Below, one piece after another: positions 37,729-50,934 of a DNA stretch of 64,000 nt. Origin of the DNA: Tricharina praecox (taxonomy: Eukaryota); the NCBI RefSeq assembly GCF_024521635.1, contig NW_026250420.1, positions 186,001 to 250,000 on the forward strand. The letters run 5' to 3'. How positions within the stretch are numbered: the first letter of the stretch is position 1; each line of letters opens with the position of its first letter. The position numbers were made by a program, and so were the translations under genes. Below the pieces are notes generated by a model. It had not been told where the DNA came from, ran no database searches, and saw nothing but the letters and a program-made list of their open reading frames with translations.

Positions 37729-38311
37729 TGTGTGTTTGTAGGGGGGGGATTGACGTGGGAGGTGGGGTGCGTGAGGTGAGACGAAACGAGGTGTGGTGTG
37801 GTAAGGTGAAAGTTGGGATTTTTTGCGGGTGTCGTCGTGGGTTAGTTAGTGCCGTGTAACCTAACCTTGGTGGGATCCGCAACCCTCGCCCTTAATGTGC
37901 TTTGGTTAGCGAAGAGGAGGGACGTCGACCCGAGGGTGCTCCTATGGCGGCTGTCAAGTACATACCGTGACGGCACGCTCGCCGAGGAAATGGATCGGAG
38001 AACATCTATTCTAGAAATTACGTGATGTGGGAGTGGCGGATAGGTACATATACGAGTCAGAAGATGGTGGCTATTCCAGTAGGCTGTGGGTGAGAGTGGC
38101 AATCACGATGAGAACGAAGCGGGAGTCACGAAATGTCCAGCAACCTTTTGTATTCAGACAGCTCTCTCGCGAGTGAGCGGAAATCGAACACTAAAAGCTA
38201 ACCAGAAACCTTGTAGAAAGAAACACTCAGAAAGCACACAAACACAGCGTAGAATGCCCGTCCAAATCGGCTCAGAACGACCTCCTGTGTGGTAACCCCC
38301 CCTTCGTCTGT

Positions 38312-39133
38312 CTACCAGATCATCGCAGCGATGACAATGGCACCCGCGAGGACACCGAAGTCGCTCATGCGGACGATGTCGGCGCCAGAGTTCGGGGGAG
38401 CGGTGGGACTGGCAGTGCCCGAAGAGCTCCTGGTGGTGCGCCTGGTCGAGGTCGTGGTGGTGTCGGCCGGAACCTCGCTGGTCATGGTGACAGTAGCGAT
38501 GTCTGATTCGGGGGAGAACATCGGGTCAGCGAACGTGTACGAAAAGGAGGAGTTGGTGATCGTTTGGATGGTGAGCGTGCCCGTACCATCGCTGTGGTTG
38601 GTGGTGGTATTACCTGTATTGGACTCAGTCATGACCATGCCCTCGCTGTGGGAGTGCGAGGCCATAAGGCTGGGAGTGACGGTCTCGAAACCGCCGCCCT
38701 CGGTGTAGGTCGAGAGATCGGAAGGAGAGACGGTAAGAGTGACCGGCTCGGTCTCCACCTCGGTGACCATCACGGCTTCCGTGTGATCCGTGTGATGCGG
38801 CATCTCTGAACCCTGACTGGGGATGAGGGCACCGGAGGTGACGTAGTGAGTGTGGTGGTGGGTGGTCGTAGACATGATCATGGTGACGGTGGTAGTCACC
38901 GTGATGGGCTCTCCAGCCTCACCTCCGAATGGCACAACAGAGCCGGACTGGTCGGAGCCACCGTCGGCAGAAACGAGACTGCCCTCCTGGGAGGCAACCT
39001 CGAGCTCGGCCGCAAGGGCGCTGGTATCATGAGCATGACGAATTAATAGCGACGGTATGGATGAGTTGACTTACGTCTTGAAGGAACCCGCAAGGGTCAG
39101 GAGCAGAACAGGCAAGAGGGCATTGAACTTCAT
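38312..39133 (-). CDS. Secreted Ser/Thr-rich, probably GPI-anchored cell-surface protein, 255 aa
   Basis: Exons 39133-39075 and 39020-38312 (intron GTAAGT..CAG). Signal peptide MKFNALLPVLLLTLAGSFKTALA. C-terminus NSGA, spacer, then hydrophobic FGVLAGAIVIAAMIW. Confidence 0.88.
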
Positions 39134-40031
39134 CTTTATGTTGGTTTTGCGATGTTTTGGGGGGTGGTAAAGCGTGAAGTGTTTGGTAGGAAAGGGCGAA
39201 GGAAGGTGGTGGTCGATGAAAGTGAGGGTTGAGTAAGGTGAGGGTGGATGAAGGAAGAAGAAGGATAGGGCAGTTGTTGGGTGGGAATTTATGGCAGGTC
39301 GAGGCTAATGTCATTTCAAAGCAGTCCTTCGACGTGGAGTGAGGGTAGATGTTTGAAAGAATATGGCAGACCTAGCATACATTGTCATATCACTCGATAA
39401 CTAACGGGGGGTCGTTAGAAAGTTATCTAAAGTGAAAGTTGGAGGATTAGAGACGTAGGAGGCTCCGCCTACGTCGGTGGCCATGGCTAGTTGAGCCCGC
39501 TCATCGCTTAATGCCCCGATAGTGGAGCTGTTGTGGACATATAGTTGGAGAAAGGTGGTGAGATCGTTACCGCACTTCTGGGTGATGCCGTAATAAGGCG
39601 GTATTGAAGGTATTATGGCTGCGATGCGTATCTACCTACATCATTGCTGCTGTCTAGAACCGCCCCGTAGGTGCACTAACTAGAGACTCAACACCAGAAT
39701 ATCTGACGTTTGGATGAAGGTCTTCACCAAGGTTCTGGCCTATCACACCCGGTTGCGCTATGCTCATTCTCAGTCAGTCGTTTCTATTGGTGCGTTTCCG
39801 TCGTAATAGAATGAACGTCTCGCAACGGCGAGTGGCTGTCAATGGAGTACGGCGTGACTTCCATTCTATGGCTGGTGCTGGGTGTATAACCTCCGCTCTC
39901 TGGTCTTCCCACCACTCTCTAGGCTTTCTTTTACACATCAATACCGTAAACCTCCTCAACCACAATCAGCAAACTGCTTCCTTCCAACGCTCGAAAATCT
40001 TCACATAAAGCTCCAATTCACACCTTCTACA

Positions 40032-40382
40032 ATGGCCGTCCTTAGCAAGCCCGTTGCACCCCACCGCTCTCGCATAGTTCCCACTATCGGCGACCTCATC
40101 GACGGACTCCCCCGCTCGAGCATACGCTGTCTCGATTGCCAATGGCAACACCCAGTCACCGATAACATAAATCGCCTACATCTACTCTTAGACCATCTCT
40201 TCAACGCTCACAAAACGGACGAGCGCCCGTTCAGACAGCTCGGCGCCCGCATGGTGTTTAAGTGTCCGTGTGAAGCCGATACGGAGATCCCGCTTGATGC
40301 GTCCGGCTGCTCCGGCTGCGGAGAGGTCCTTTGGAATAAGGACGACGCCAAGCGACATGTCTTGGATATTTGGATGGAATGA
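40032..40382 (+). CDS. Small (116 aa) Cys/His protein with atypical zinc-finger-like motifs
   Basis: acaATGg start after a CA/CT-rich leader. Motifs CLDC-x18-H-x4-H, CPC and CSGC-x12-H. Confidence 0.6.
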   Translation: MAVLSKPVAPHRSRIVPTIGDLIDGLPRSSIRCLDCQWQHPVTDNINRLHLLLDHLFNAHKTDERPFRQLGARMVFKCPCEADTEIPLDASGCSGCGEVLWNKDDAKRHVLDIWME

Positions 40383-41679
40383 ACGGGGTTGATGGGGGGA
40401 TGGGGGGATGGGGGGATGGGGGGATGGATGAGGGCTTGGTGGCTTTGCCTGTGTTTCTTCGTGGCGGTCGAGATGGTTCTATAGAGGTAACCTATGCTTA
40501 ATTCTTGTCAGACCAGTAATCAAATGTTGAACAGTACTGCTTTAGTGTTGATCTTGGGGGTCTCTAGATATCGCGTTAGTTGTATCTCAGACGAGTGACA
40601 TCCAGTGCACAGCTTGGTGGGATCGCCTGCCTCTGGTACGGCGCCGTCAATGTTATTACTACTTTTGCGAGGGCTTTTCGGCAATTCCTATCCATGCCAG
40701 GGGCGGGATCGAAAAAGACCGCACACGGAAGAAAGAGGAGTTTTGAAGGGTGATCATCAATTCGGCAGATGATGAAAGAGAGAAGAAGGAGCAGACGAGA
40801 GCAGACGACTCGGGAGCAGACAAGTAAGGATAAACGATCGGATGCAAAATTTCAGGTTTGGCTCGAGGGAAGGGCTGGTCGAAGAGCAATAAGGAGCCGG
40901 CATACAGCTCGTGGGCAGAGGTCGGTGACAGCCAGGTGGAAACAGACATGTAATCTGCCATGACCTACCAAGGCCCGAATCCCATGATAATTAAACACAA
41001 AAAAAACAGCGGCGGCGGATATCCCCGTGCTGAACCGGGCTCGAACCAAAAACCTCCACCACCCCCGGTGGGTGGCTTGGAAACCCCGATAGATGGACCA
41101 CTGTCCATGCTAACTCTGCCAGGTACGTGACCGCTAGGCCACATGGGTTTTTTTCCGTGCTGTGAATTTACCACGGGCGGTTATGAACACGTCTGAGCTC
41201 TGCCAAGCTCTGACACGGCGAGTCGGCAGCAGTGCTACTACCCACTACATACTCTACCTTCACAAACATTAGCTCGGCCCTCAGAGCTATCGACAACTTC
41301 GTAGTACGTGTGAAGCTTTACGACTGCGCTGTAGGCCCGTTAAAGCACAGACCTGGGAGGTGCCGGCGGCGCCGCCGAGTCCAGTAGCCTCAAGCTCTCT
41401 GCTTGTCCCTCTATCCGTTTTCCGACCTCCCACTCGGACACCTCGCTGACTGCATCTTCCTCAGCGGCCGATTCCAGTATTCATCTACCAAGATCTGTGG
41501 CAGCAAGGAAGTCCAAGATTGCCTGACTGCACCTAGCCCTCTCGTCTGCAAATAGGTCTCGGGTCTTGAAGCGCTCCTTGCCCCTCTCCGCCTCCTCCAG
41601 AGCCTTTGCCCACAGGATCTTCTACTGGCTTTTCCATTCCCGGCAGGACTTGAGAAGGTGCTGCAAAAGTTTCGAGCCA

Positions 41680-41978
41680 TGTATACGGAGTATGGAGCAC
41701 GGAACAGCGAGTGATTATCGATGATAACCTGTGGACGTATAGTACTTCGCGCATGTATTTTCGGATTCCCTTTGCGCTGTGTGCCGCACTGCCCCTCGCC
41801 TGCCTGCCTCACTCTGTAGTGTGCCAAGAAGCACTCATCAGTCAGTGGTGACAACCTCCACTGCGCATACTCCGCAAGCAACATCCGGAAGCCGCCGGAC
41901 TTGGTGGAGTACCTACATGAGTGAGTGCTAATGATCTGCTTGTGCGTCGGAAAGCCTTCCCTTCGAGAGCGAGGTTGT
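41680..41978 (-). repeat. Dispersed ~0.3-kb repeat, copy 1 (inverted relative to 54032-54300)
   Basis: The reverse complement shares colinear blocks acaacctcgctctcgaaggg, agcactcactca, aggttgtcaccactg, cagcgcaaagg.aatccgaaaat and gataatcactcgctg with copy 2. Confidence 0.88.
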
Positions 41979-42886
41979 CCTACTTTGCGTTTGGCTCGAC
42001 GTGCTATGTAAATGCTGGTCCATTGCTATGCTACAGCAGGAATTATATCAGCTTTGCAAATTACGGCCTCTTTCGTCAATACCTAGCCTCGATACTATCT
42101 CTAACGTTTACGACTCTTTCCGAACCTTCAGAGACCAGTACCTAAGTACGTAGGTCAAGGGGATGGAAGTGGAAATATGTAGCATCCAGTCAGCGCTTCG
42201 CTCAACGCCCGCAGAATTACCTACGTATTAGAAGCACGGCGGCCGTTCAGAAGGTGAGTGCAGTTCTCGGTCTATGTACCGGGGATAAATTGCAATGTTC
42301 CGGGCAGATCTGTGGCATTGCCATGATCTAGATATCTCTTTGTCTCGCAAATACCTGCATGGAAGACTGAAGCTATGCGTGAGCCATAGGTAGTGCTTGA
42401 GCAATGAGTACGTAGCAGGCTCTGGACTGTTTACTTAGGTCTACATATAGCTGAGTGACTGTTCGGTTGCCAATTTCCATGTATTCGCCGGACAGAGGGA
42501 TAGTTAGTACTCTAGGTAGATGGTTTGATCACCCGGTCGAAATCGAAACGCTGATACTAGGTACATAGATGGAGCACGCAGTGCACTACGTACATAAGAT
42601 GCCGACAAAGAACTGTGTCATGGACTCATGGAATGATCTCCCTGCCCTGTCAGCCCTCCCCTCCCCCTTCTGGAGTATGTAGGTAAATAGTTCCAGCAGC
42701 CGCCGTTACCCTTAGAAACTACCAGAGACGATGAGCCATCACCTTCAGGCTTCAAGCACCAGGCAATAAACCGACTTCTTGCAGGGCACAATGCTACAGA
42801 TCCGAGTCGACTTTTGGGCGGAACACGGGTGGGGAGGGGGACGATACCCGCTCCCCTACATAAGTAGTCGAACAATACCACATCGC

Positions 42887-43597
42887 TCAACCCTCTTTCA
42901 TAACCCCCAGCTCCTCCTCCAAAACGCCCACCAGCGTTCTACTGCCACTTCCGGGAAACGCCCTCGCACCCTTCTCCTTACTCAGCAGCGCCTTTTCAAC
43001 CGCCCTCTCCAGCTCCCCCTGTCCCAACCTCCCCTCAACCAAATAATCCCCCAGCTCCTCCACCAGCTCCCTCTGATGCCCTCCCATGAGCTCCCTATTC
43101 TCAACGACCACAAGCGGCCTATCGTATCTCAACGCATCAAGCACACTCCCGGCACCCGCATGCGAAACCACCACATCCGCGTGGCAAACATATTCTCCCG
43201 CGAGATCGTCGGCGAAGTCGAATGCGTGGATAGTGACGGGGACGGTCGGGGGCGGGGGTGGGGGTAGCGATCGCGCGGCGCTGAGCAGCGACTGGAACGT
43301 TGCCGCGGATAGGTAGGACCCCGCTTGCAGCTGCAGAACGGAGATGCCCTGTGTAGCGAGGAAGCGAAGGAATGACGGCGATAGGCACGCGTGTAATAGC
43401 GTCGGGAAGGGCGCGGTCGCGCCGGTTGTCACGAGGAGCGTTTTGCCGGTGCGGGCGGATGTGGGGTGCGGTGGGCTAGTGACGGCGCTGGATGGTGCGG
43501 AGGAGGGGGGCGAGCTGCTAGGCAGTGGGATGAACATTTGTGTCCCCGGCGGGTTGTAGAAGCCGGGCGGGGCGAGGGGCATGGTGAATGGTGGCAT
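42887..43597 (-). CDS. ALG13: UDP-GlcNAc transferase catalytic subunit Alg13 (GT28 C-terminal domain)
   Basis: LLVTTGATAPF, LQLQAG, ADVVVSHAGAGSVLDAL and LVVVENRELMGGHQRELVEEL. The start is uncertain (three in-frame ATGs). Confidence 0.93.
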   Translation of the reverse strand: MPPFTMPLAPPGFYNPPGTQMFIPLPSSSPPSSAPSSAVTSPPHPTSARTGKTLLVTTGATAPFPTLLHACLSPSFLRFLATQGISVLQLQAGSYLSAATFQSLLSAARSLPPPPPPTVPVTIHAFDFADDLAGEYVCHADVVVSHAGAGSVLDALRYDRPLVVVENRELMGGHQRELVEELGDYLVEGRLGQGELERAVEKALLSKEKGARAFPGSGSRTLVGVLEEELGVMKEG

Positions 43598-46500
43598 GGC
43601 GTCGGGACGTGCGAGGTGTGAGGTGGGGGAAGACGCGTCAGCGGAGTAACAGCTCTACCCTGCAGATCCACGGGCACGCTAAACTCACTAGCCACACCGA
43701 TCACAAAAAATCCCTCGGCCCAAAATTATTGTCGTCCCAAAACCTAACGGAGAACTGTCGGAACTACGGAACAAACGGAACCATACAAATTTATTGCTGC
43801 AAAGACTCTGTCTCTCCGGATGTATGTACCATGGCGGCTGATGGGCGTGTCGCTAGCCAGCCGGGAACACCAGGCTGCGGGTGGCTGTCAGTGATGTGAC
43901 TGGGGATTCTAGGTGCTGCAGGTGTTTTGGATCAGTCAGTATCTACCCATTCTAAAAGGCGAAGGCTTGGAAGTTGCTCAGCAAACATCACAGACACAAT
44001 GGCGCTGCCCATCATTGATGATGGGCAGCAGCTGCGCCAGCAATTGTCCGTCGTCGGTCGTTCGAGGGCCAAAACGCGAGTGATACCGAACGTACTCTAC
44101 CCACAACCGACGCTGACTACACACCTAGTCAGCTCTCTCCATTATTCCTAGCGTCCCGGGTCACTTTCCTAACATCATAGCAAAATCATGATATCGAGCT
44201 CCGCACCAAGAAACGCCGTATCCACTATGCACTAGGCACTTACATATGTCCGGCGCATCATCACTACTCTAGCTACGCTACACTAGAGCATCTCCCGCCC
44301 CCATCCGCGGACCATCCGGGAAACTACCGGTGATCACGTCCTACCTATGGGATCACGTCCGCGCGCGGTGTGTGAGGGTGCCATGGGCCATGGCTCGGGC
44401 CCTATGTAGTAGATATGGGGTTCGCCGTGCGGGGGTATGTACCTAGATATCCAGAGTTCAGACGGGACACCTGGCCGAAACTCGAAGTTCAAAGTTCGAA
44501 GTTCGAGCGAAGTCACAACTTACAACTTACATACAAGTGCTGAGTGCTGCCGCTGGGGAAGCGGCATCGCTAGCTACTCTGTGACGGAGCTTCTGCACAA
44601 CAGCAGCAGTGCAAAGGAGCGGCCGAAGACTATTGGCCCTAAGTACTATGTAGCATTTTGCTTCCTGTTCTTCCAGCCCTCGCAGCCAACCCTCGCCGCT
44701 CGCGTCATGCCGAACTTCGGTCGCGAGGAAGGGGCCGCGCGATGCGCGATGCGCGCTGACGGGCGGTGGCCGGGGGGACACATATCTACCAGGTATAAGG
44801 TACATGAGTACATGAGCACCTACGATGCAGTGCAGTGTGCAGTGTGCAGAATTGTGGAATTGTGGATTGTGGATCGGACCGGACGTCGTAAGCCCCGTTC
44901 TCGTGGTCCCTTTGGCTACATACCTGGTAGGAGGCAGGTACTTGGTAGTATGAGATAGATATTTTAAAAACGTCCTAACTCCTGGCCTCTAGGTACATGA
45001 TGTATCCTAGATATCCTATCTTTATGTATCTGCATGTATGTAGGGGACTCGAGGAAGCGTGAAGTTACAAGCAAGTTAGGTACAGATGCACATCTGTAGA
45101 AGAATTTTTCTCGCACTTGAATCATACACGAAACCCAAACCCAGCACTCCATAAATAGCCAAAGCCAAAGCCAAAGCCAAAGCCAAAGCGCACCCGCATC
45201 TCGCTGCCGGCCCGATCGGCCCTCCCCAACACCGTGCGTCACGATCCGTCTGGATATACCCTCCCTCCCTCCCTCCCTCCCTTCCTCCCTCCCTCACAGT
45301 CAAAAAAATTCGTAACATCCCAGCGAGCGAACATGAACCGGGGAATTCAGATCAGTGAAACCAGTGAAATTAGATCAATCATTAGTGAGACCAGTGAGGT
45401 CATTCGCGAGACATTCAGTTTCTTAGCGGGCTAGTTAGCGGGCGCGGTGTGGAGGGCAGTGCTAGCGCATTTCTATCGCTGCTAACTAAGCCTGGTATGC
45501 AAGCACAGTTGCATGCACAGTTGCATGCGCGCATTTGTTCGGAGGTTTCGCACCAGCACCAGGACTAATGTGGCGAAGCGGTGGCTGTGGTGATGTAAGC
45601 AGAGCTGAGGAAAGCAGGCGGCGGACCGGACCGAACCGATCGATGTTAGAATCGATGTCGCCGAATAGTATCGATGTTTGTTTTGTTCTCCGAACGAATG
45701 AATCGATGCCGATGGATGTGCACGAATCACACAGGAAGGAAAAACAAGGAGTGTCCCCTGGCCTCTAACCACCGGGGACACAAGAAATATACAGCCCCTA
45801 ACACCTCTTGTCTACGTAAGCCAGCCAGAAGAAATACAATGTCGCCAGACGCCACGAGTGATACATAGTGAACATGAACACACGCATCTACACACATCTA
45901 CATCCACAAGCACCACCACCAACCTCCCCTCCTCCTCCCCCTCTCACCTCGCCTCCATACCTACCGCACCGCCATCCCGCACCGCCGTCCCGCACGGATG
46001 AAACCACAATCCCAGTTCCGCAGCGGCACACAGTACACTACACTCGTGGCCACCTGCTACTGGACAAAGCTGGCTTCACGGCTTGATGGGCTAGCGAGCC
46101 GAGATGAAGCTGGCCAGTGGTTTCTGATGCGTGGAATGTGGTCCGTGCGATAGGTGGTCGAGTGGATGGATGGTCGGTTGAGAGGAATGATCAGGATGGG
46201 CGAGCTCGGCTGCGCCCGTCGGTTGCGGTGGTATGCTATGTATGCTACGCACCGGTATCCTATCGGCTCCGGGAGTCTGGGGAGGGTTGTTATTGCGCGA
46301 GGGGTGCGCGGGGATGGTGGGGCGGGGATGATGCTGCTTGTTTGTTTGTTTGGACAGGCATGGACCTACCTAGTGTACGGAAGACCGTGGCCTGAGGTTG
46401 GCTGGATATAGGTAGAGTAAGTATCAAGGCACTGCCTGGCAATGGGCACGCATGCATGCATCACGGCCGAAAAATCTGCTGTTGGTTGATTGACCATTGA

Positions 46501-49500
46501 TTGGTATCGTGGGATATTCCCTAACTATTCCCGGGTTGCCCGCCCACTCGGTAGGATGTATCCCGTTGTTTTCAGGCAGCATCCACATTCACATCCACAG
46601 CCAGCCGGAAACGATCTGCCTGCCTGCCTGCTGGGGTGGGGTGAAATCATAGGTGCATGCCTACCGTATCATACGTTGCAATTTGCTGCACCGTGCCAAA
46701 GCAAAGCATCGGATATCCTGTGGGGTGCTCGCGATGACGCCGTGACGTACGTCGCCATAGCGAAACAACTGACCGATCCAACGGCTGGCTGCGATTCGGG
46801 CGGGCGCCAAACGGAAGTTGAATCGTTTGCCAGTGCTGCGGGGAAGATAAGAGCTACCTGCCTAGTACCCAACCCAGTGGTCAGACGCTGACCGGCTCGA
46901 GTCCAGGTCATCATCCGAGACAAGTGTGGGAACTTGGTCGGGTACTACACTCGACGAGACGTCGGTTGGGGCAACGGCAGAGACCTGGGTCACATCCAAG
47001 CTGTAGCAAATCTCCATGGTTGCATCGTCAGCCTCGTGGGTATAGCACGCTTGGGGTTGACGGCCGCTCTCGACAGCACGGTCTTCCGGGCTGCGCTCCT
47101 GGTGCTTCTTCCCCCTCGTGCCTCGAGTCGATTGTCCTACTGCTGGCTGGCTGGCACCTGGCAATGGAGGTGGCCATACGTGGTATCCCGTGGATGTAAC
47201 GTAATGCGAATTCAGGTTCAGCAGGCACAGCTCCGCACAGCTCCGGCCTCGCCAGCGTTCCGACAGCCAGATTGCCAGTCCAGTGGAAGTATGTACACAG
47301 CAGCAAAACGGGAAGCCCGGAGGACACGATGGTGCACACTGCCGAAGCAGATTCTCGAGCCCCCACGATTCAACTGTACTGTTGTGATAGATATGTGCTC
47401 AACTGTCGTGTTCACGTCTGGAACCTAATGCGGCATATGGCGTTTTGAGGCTTGCACGCCCTGGATGGCACTGGGCAGCACGGATACTTGCATCAGTTGA
47501 TCATATCCGCTGGCCAGGGGCTGAAATGATTATTCACCGTAGGGCGGATACACAGGTAGGTCATTTCCACTACTGGAGGGTAGGTATCAACACATCCAAA
47601 TGGCGTCCTATGTCGTCGTCGTCGAAGTGTGCACGGGCCACGTAGCGATGTAGATTGCCATTCCCAGCAGCTCTCCGCGTGTGTCGTACCCGGGGAGTGT
47701 CACACCGACATTCGTCCCGCCGCGCAGACCGACCGAAGCGAGACACGGAAAAGAGTGTGGCCAGGAGACGCCGGTTCCCGTGACGGTTCGGATGAATTTG
47801 AAATCCCTCGTTTCTGACTACCGTCCTGAGAGGCAGGCACATCAACGTGTAACAGCCTCGAAGAAAGAGGTGAATGCGGCGTGGCTATCGGACCAGTTTG
47901 GCAAACGGCTGTGTGTTGTCCATTCCCCGCGTCGTCGTCGTCGTTCGGCCGTTGTGTTGAGGGAAGGTTATTTTTTTGTGACTAGGTAGGCGCATTTGCC
48001 ACAGAAACGTGTCGGTTTAGTCGAGTTGACGGTGCTTACTTACTCGCCACTGCCATGTGTGCGTCTGGCTCGGTGGAGAAGTCCGACCAAAACTTAAGTT
48101 CCTTGTTTTCCGAGAGGGTTCCGGACGAAGGGCGGCTCATGGCCTTCACCGGTGGAGCAGTTGGATAAGGCTATGGATGGCGGCGATACTAGTAGAGTAG
48201 GTAAGCCTCGTCTGGGGTGCAGCAGGCCGGGAGAAACACAGCTGTGTTGTCAGCGCATAGGTAGGTGGGGTGTGCTTGGAGGAAGTGCGGGATTGACCCC
48301 AGAGAAGCATTCTAGCGCATGCAGGCCGCTCAATGTCAAAAAGATTCCGCCACGGGATGCTCATCTCCTGGCGGGCGAGAATAAGCACAGTCGAGCAAGG
48401 ATTTCTCCCCAGGGCGGATCAAGATGAACACACGGAGATTTGCGCGTACGATGAGTTGTCAGAGCCAGGCTCCACGTGCTAGATGGATATATCAAATGCG
48501 AGCCCCACCCTGTCGCCACGAGGAAAGCGGATGTGTATGTAGAGTGCAAAGGAGCTCGGGATGCCGAAAACGAGGTCATGCGGCGGTAGGGCGGATCCGG
48601 ATCACGCCGGTAGATACCCCAGGTGATGGGCGGCGATGTATGCGTTGTCTGTAGGATCTTCCATGGTTCCTTCGCCGTAGCTCCCGTATCTGGAAGGGTG
48701 TTCTGTCAATGTTTCCAAAGCAGGGTTTTGAGGTGATCCTGAGTTATGAAAAGAAAAAAACAAACGCCGTCGTTCAGCCTTAACGTCCCTAGTGCATGGT
48801 CAGGAGCCCGACCCGAATGTAGAGTAGGTCTGTACTTGGGTAGGATATAACTGCAACGCCTAGCTGCAGGTGCAAGCCGGGGAGAATCTCATAGACAGGC
48901 CGCTGTCGACTCTTGATCTACGAGTGCCGGTATGTCAGAAGAGGTCCACTTCGATCGTCAGCTACGACGCAGAGTAGAGCAATGGGGCTGTGACTCTGAA
49001 CTCTGACCTTGCGCATGTGCTGTGACTGCCGTTAGGCATCTGAGTACCGGTATCTAGTAAATTCTGTGGAATGTAGGCGGTGGTGCTCCAATAGAGTGCT
49101 TCAGCTACCTAGCCTCGAATCCGACAGGACGGGGATAGATGTCACCCAGCGTCTGGTGGCGAAAACCATCGAATCGCAGCAGTGTTCGATTCCGCAAGCC
49201 GTTCGGGTGGGTCATGGTCGAGTACCTAGTACTACTGAGGGTGCACCATGTACCAGTACCACAATCTCGGTGGATTCTGGCGAGGCGGTAGCGCGGTGGT
49301 GTCCCCCTCAGTACGAGGTTCGAACCTCGCGACGGATTCAGCACGGCAAACAGAGCACCCCGAGTCGAACATGTTCTCCGCCCTCGACACGATCCGGATA
49401 TCGTTCGCCTTCAGCTGGACGGATGGATGCGCTGGCAGTAGGATCACCGCCGGAGCCTGCTCTTTCAGCCCAGCGCAATAGTTCCAATCTATTAACCTCA

Positions 49501-50398
49501 CCGCTCCCAGGTGCTCTTACCAACCCACCGACTCACTTGACTCGGCTACTATAGAGTGCCGCACAGGTATGTGTGTAGATATCGCAGGGCTTTCACGATG
49601 TTTAGTGCGGAGGCGCAATGCATTGAGGCGGGGCCCATGATGTTCGTCTCGTCATGGGACATATTATTTTTTCCGATGTTCTTCTGGGGGCGTTTGAACA
49701 TTGAGCGGAGCTTGGCCTCAGACGCAGGTGAGATGCAGCCAATTCAGCTGGGTGGACAGTTCTGCAGGTCACGGAGCGCAGACTCCTCAGACTCTTGTTC
49801 TTGCAAGTGAGAGAACGTCATAACCCTTGGCGGGGCTAGTATACCCTACTCACTAACTAAGCTCCAAGGCAGATCCACTCGGCCCCCAAGCAGGGAATTG
49901 TCCAGGGATGCCGCCCCCCCTTCCCGTTCGCTTGCTTTGATGCCGACTCTTGTATTTTTATTTTTCTTTCGTGTCGGAAACAGGCGCTGTGCTTGTGTAG
50001 GGTCTGACAACTCACCTGTCCCCGTCGTCATTCCATACAGGGCAGGTAGGCCTGCCGGTCCCAAGGGGACATTTCTCCGCTGCGACTACAAGAGGCCCTG
50101 AAACATGTAGAGTATGTCGCCCGCGCGGGCCCGACAGAGGCCGGACGTACGGCCGACGTCTGACTCCTGAAGTGTGCGTACATGGCGGGACATGCCTGCG
50201 TGCGCGTAAGGTGTCAGTGGTGTATTCACGTAGTGGGAGTGGGGCGGGGGACCAGACATATCCATCCTACCTGACGACAGATTTGACGGCACGTCCAAGG
50301 TGCGCGAAATTGTGGGCGGGCGGTGGTTGGGTGGAGGATATTGGAGGGAGGCGGGAGGAGGGCAGTGGTGGGAGTTTGAGTGGTGGTGACAGTTCAAA

Positions 50399-50443
50399 TG
50401 GTGGTGGTGGTGGTGGTGGTGGTGGTGGTGGTGGTGGTGGTGG
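50399..50443. repeat. (TGG)~15 microsatellite
   Basis: Read directly. Confidence 0.97.
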
Positions 50444-50934
50444 CAGCAGTTTGAGTGGTGATGGAGCTCTGTCACAAGTGTGAAGCACCTGCGGACTGAT
50501 CTGGACCTCCCAGTAAGTGCGTCCCGCTATCTCCCTCTTCTAGCATGGGGGTGCGTCATGCACTAGGTCTCACTCGCCGTCGCTGCCAATGGGCGCGATC
50601 TCTCATCCCCACCAATCCCTTCCCCACCCCCCATTCCCACTAGGCCGCAGCTTGCCTCGCTGCTGCGCTGGAATTCCCACTCAGCCTGAGGGTGTGGCGA
50701 ATATATAATATAGTTCTTCTCCGCTCTACCCTACTACTACCCATTCAACACAAACATCAACACAGAAGCAGATATACACACCCTCTTATCTCCTCTCCAC
50801 ACCCATCTGCCTATATATCAACAGCTAGCCCCCCCGCCCACAGTAGCATTCGAAGATCACAATATCCAGTCCACCTCGAGATCAACTACGAAAAAAGACA
50901 CCAGAAAGCAGATCTCCAAATCCGCGTGAACATC

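Noticed and set aside
44478..44510. GAAGTTC repeats resembling a heat-shock element
   Set aside because: The spacing does not fit nGAAnnTTCn.
46490..47430. Overlapping 85-165 aa ORFs, some protein-like (VPTLVSDDDLDSS)
   Set aside because: No ATG or splice structure and no recognisable domain; at most a relic.
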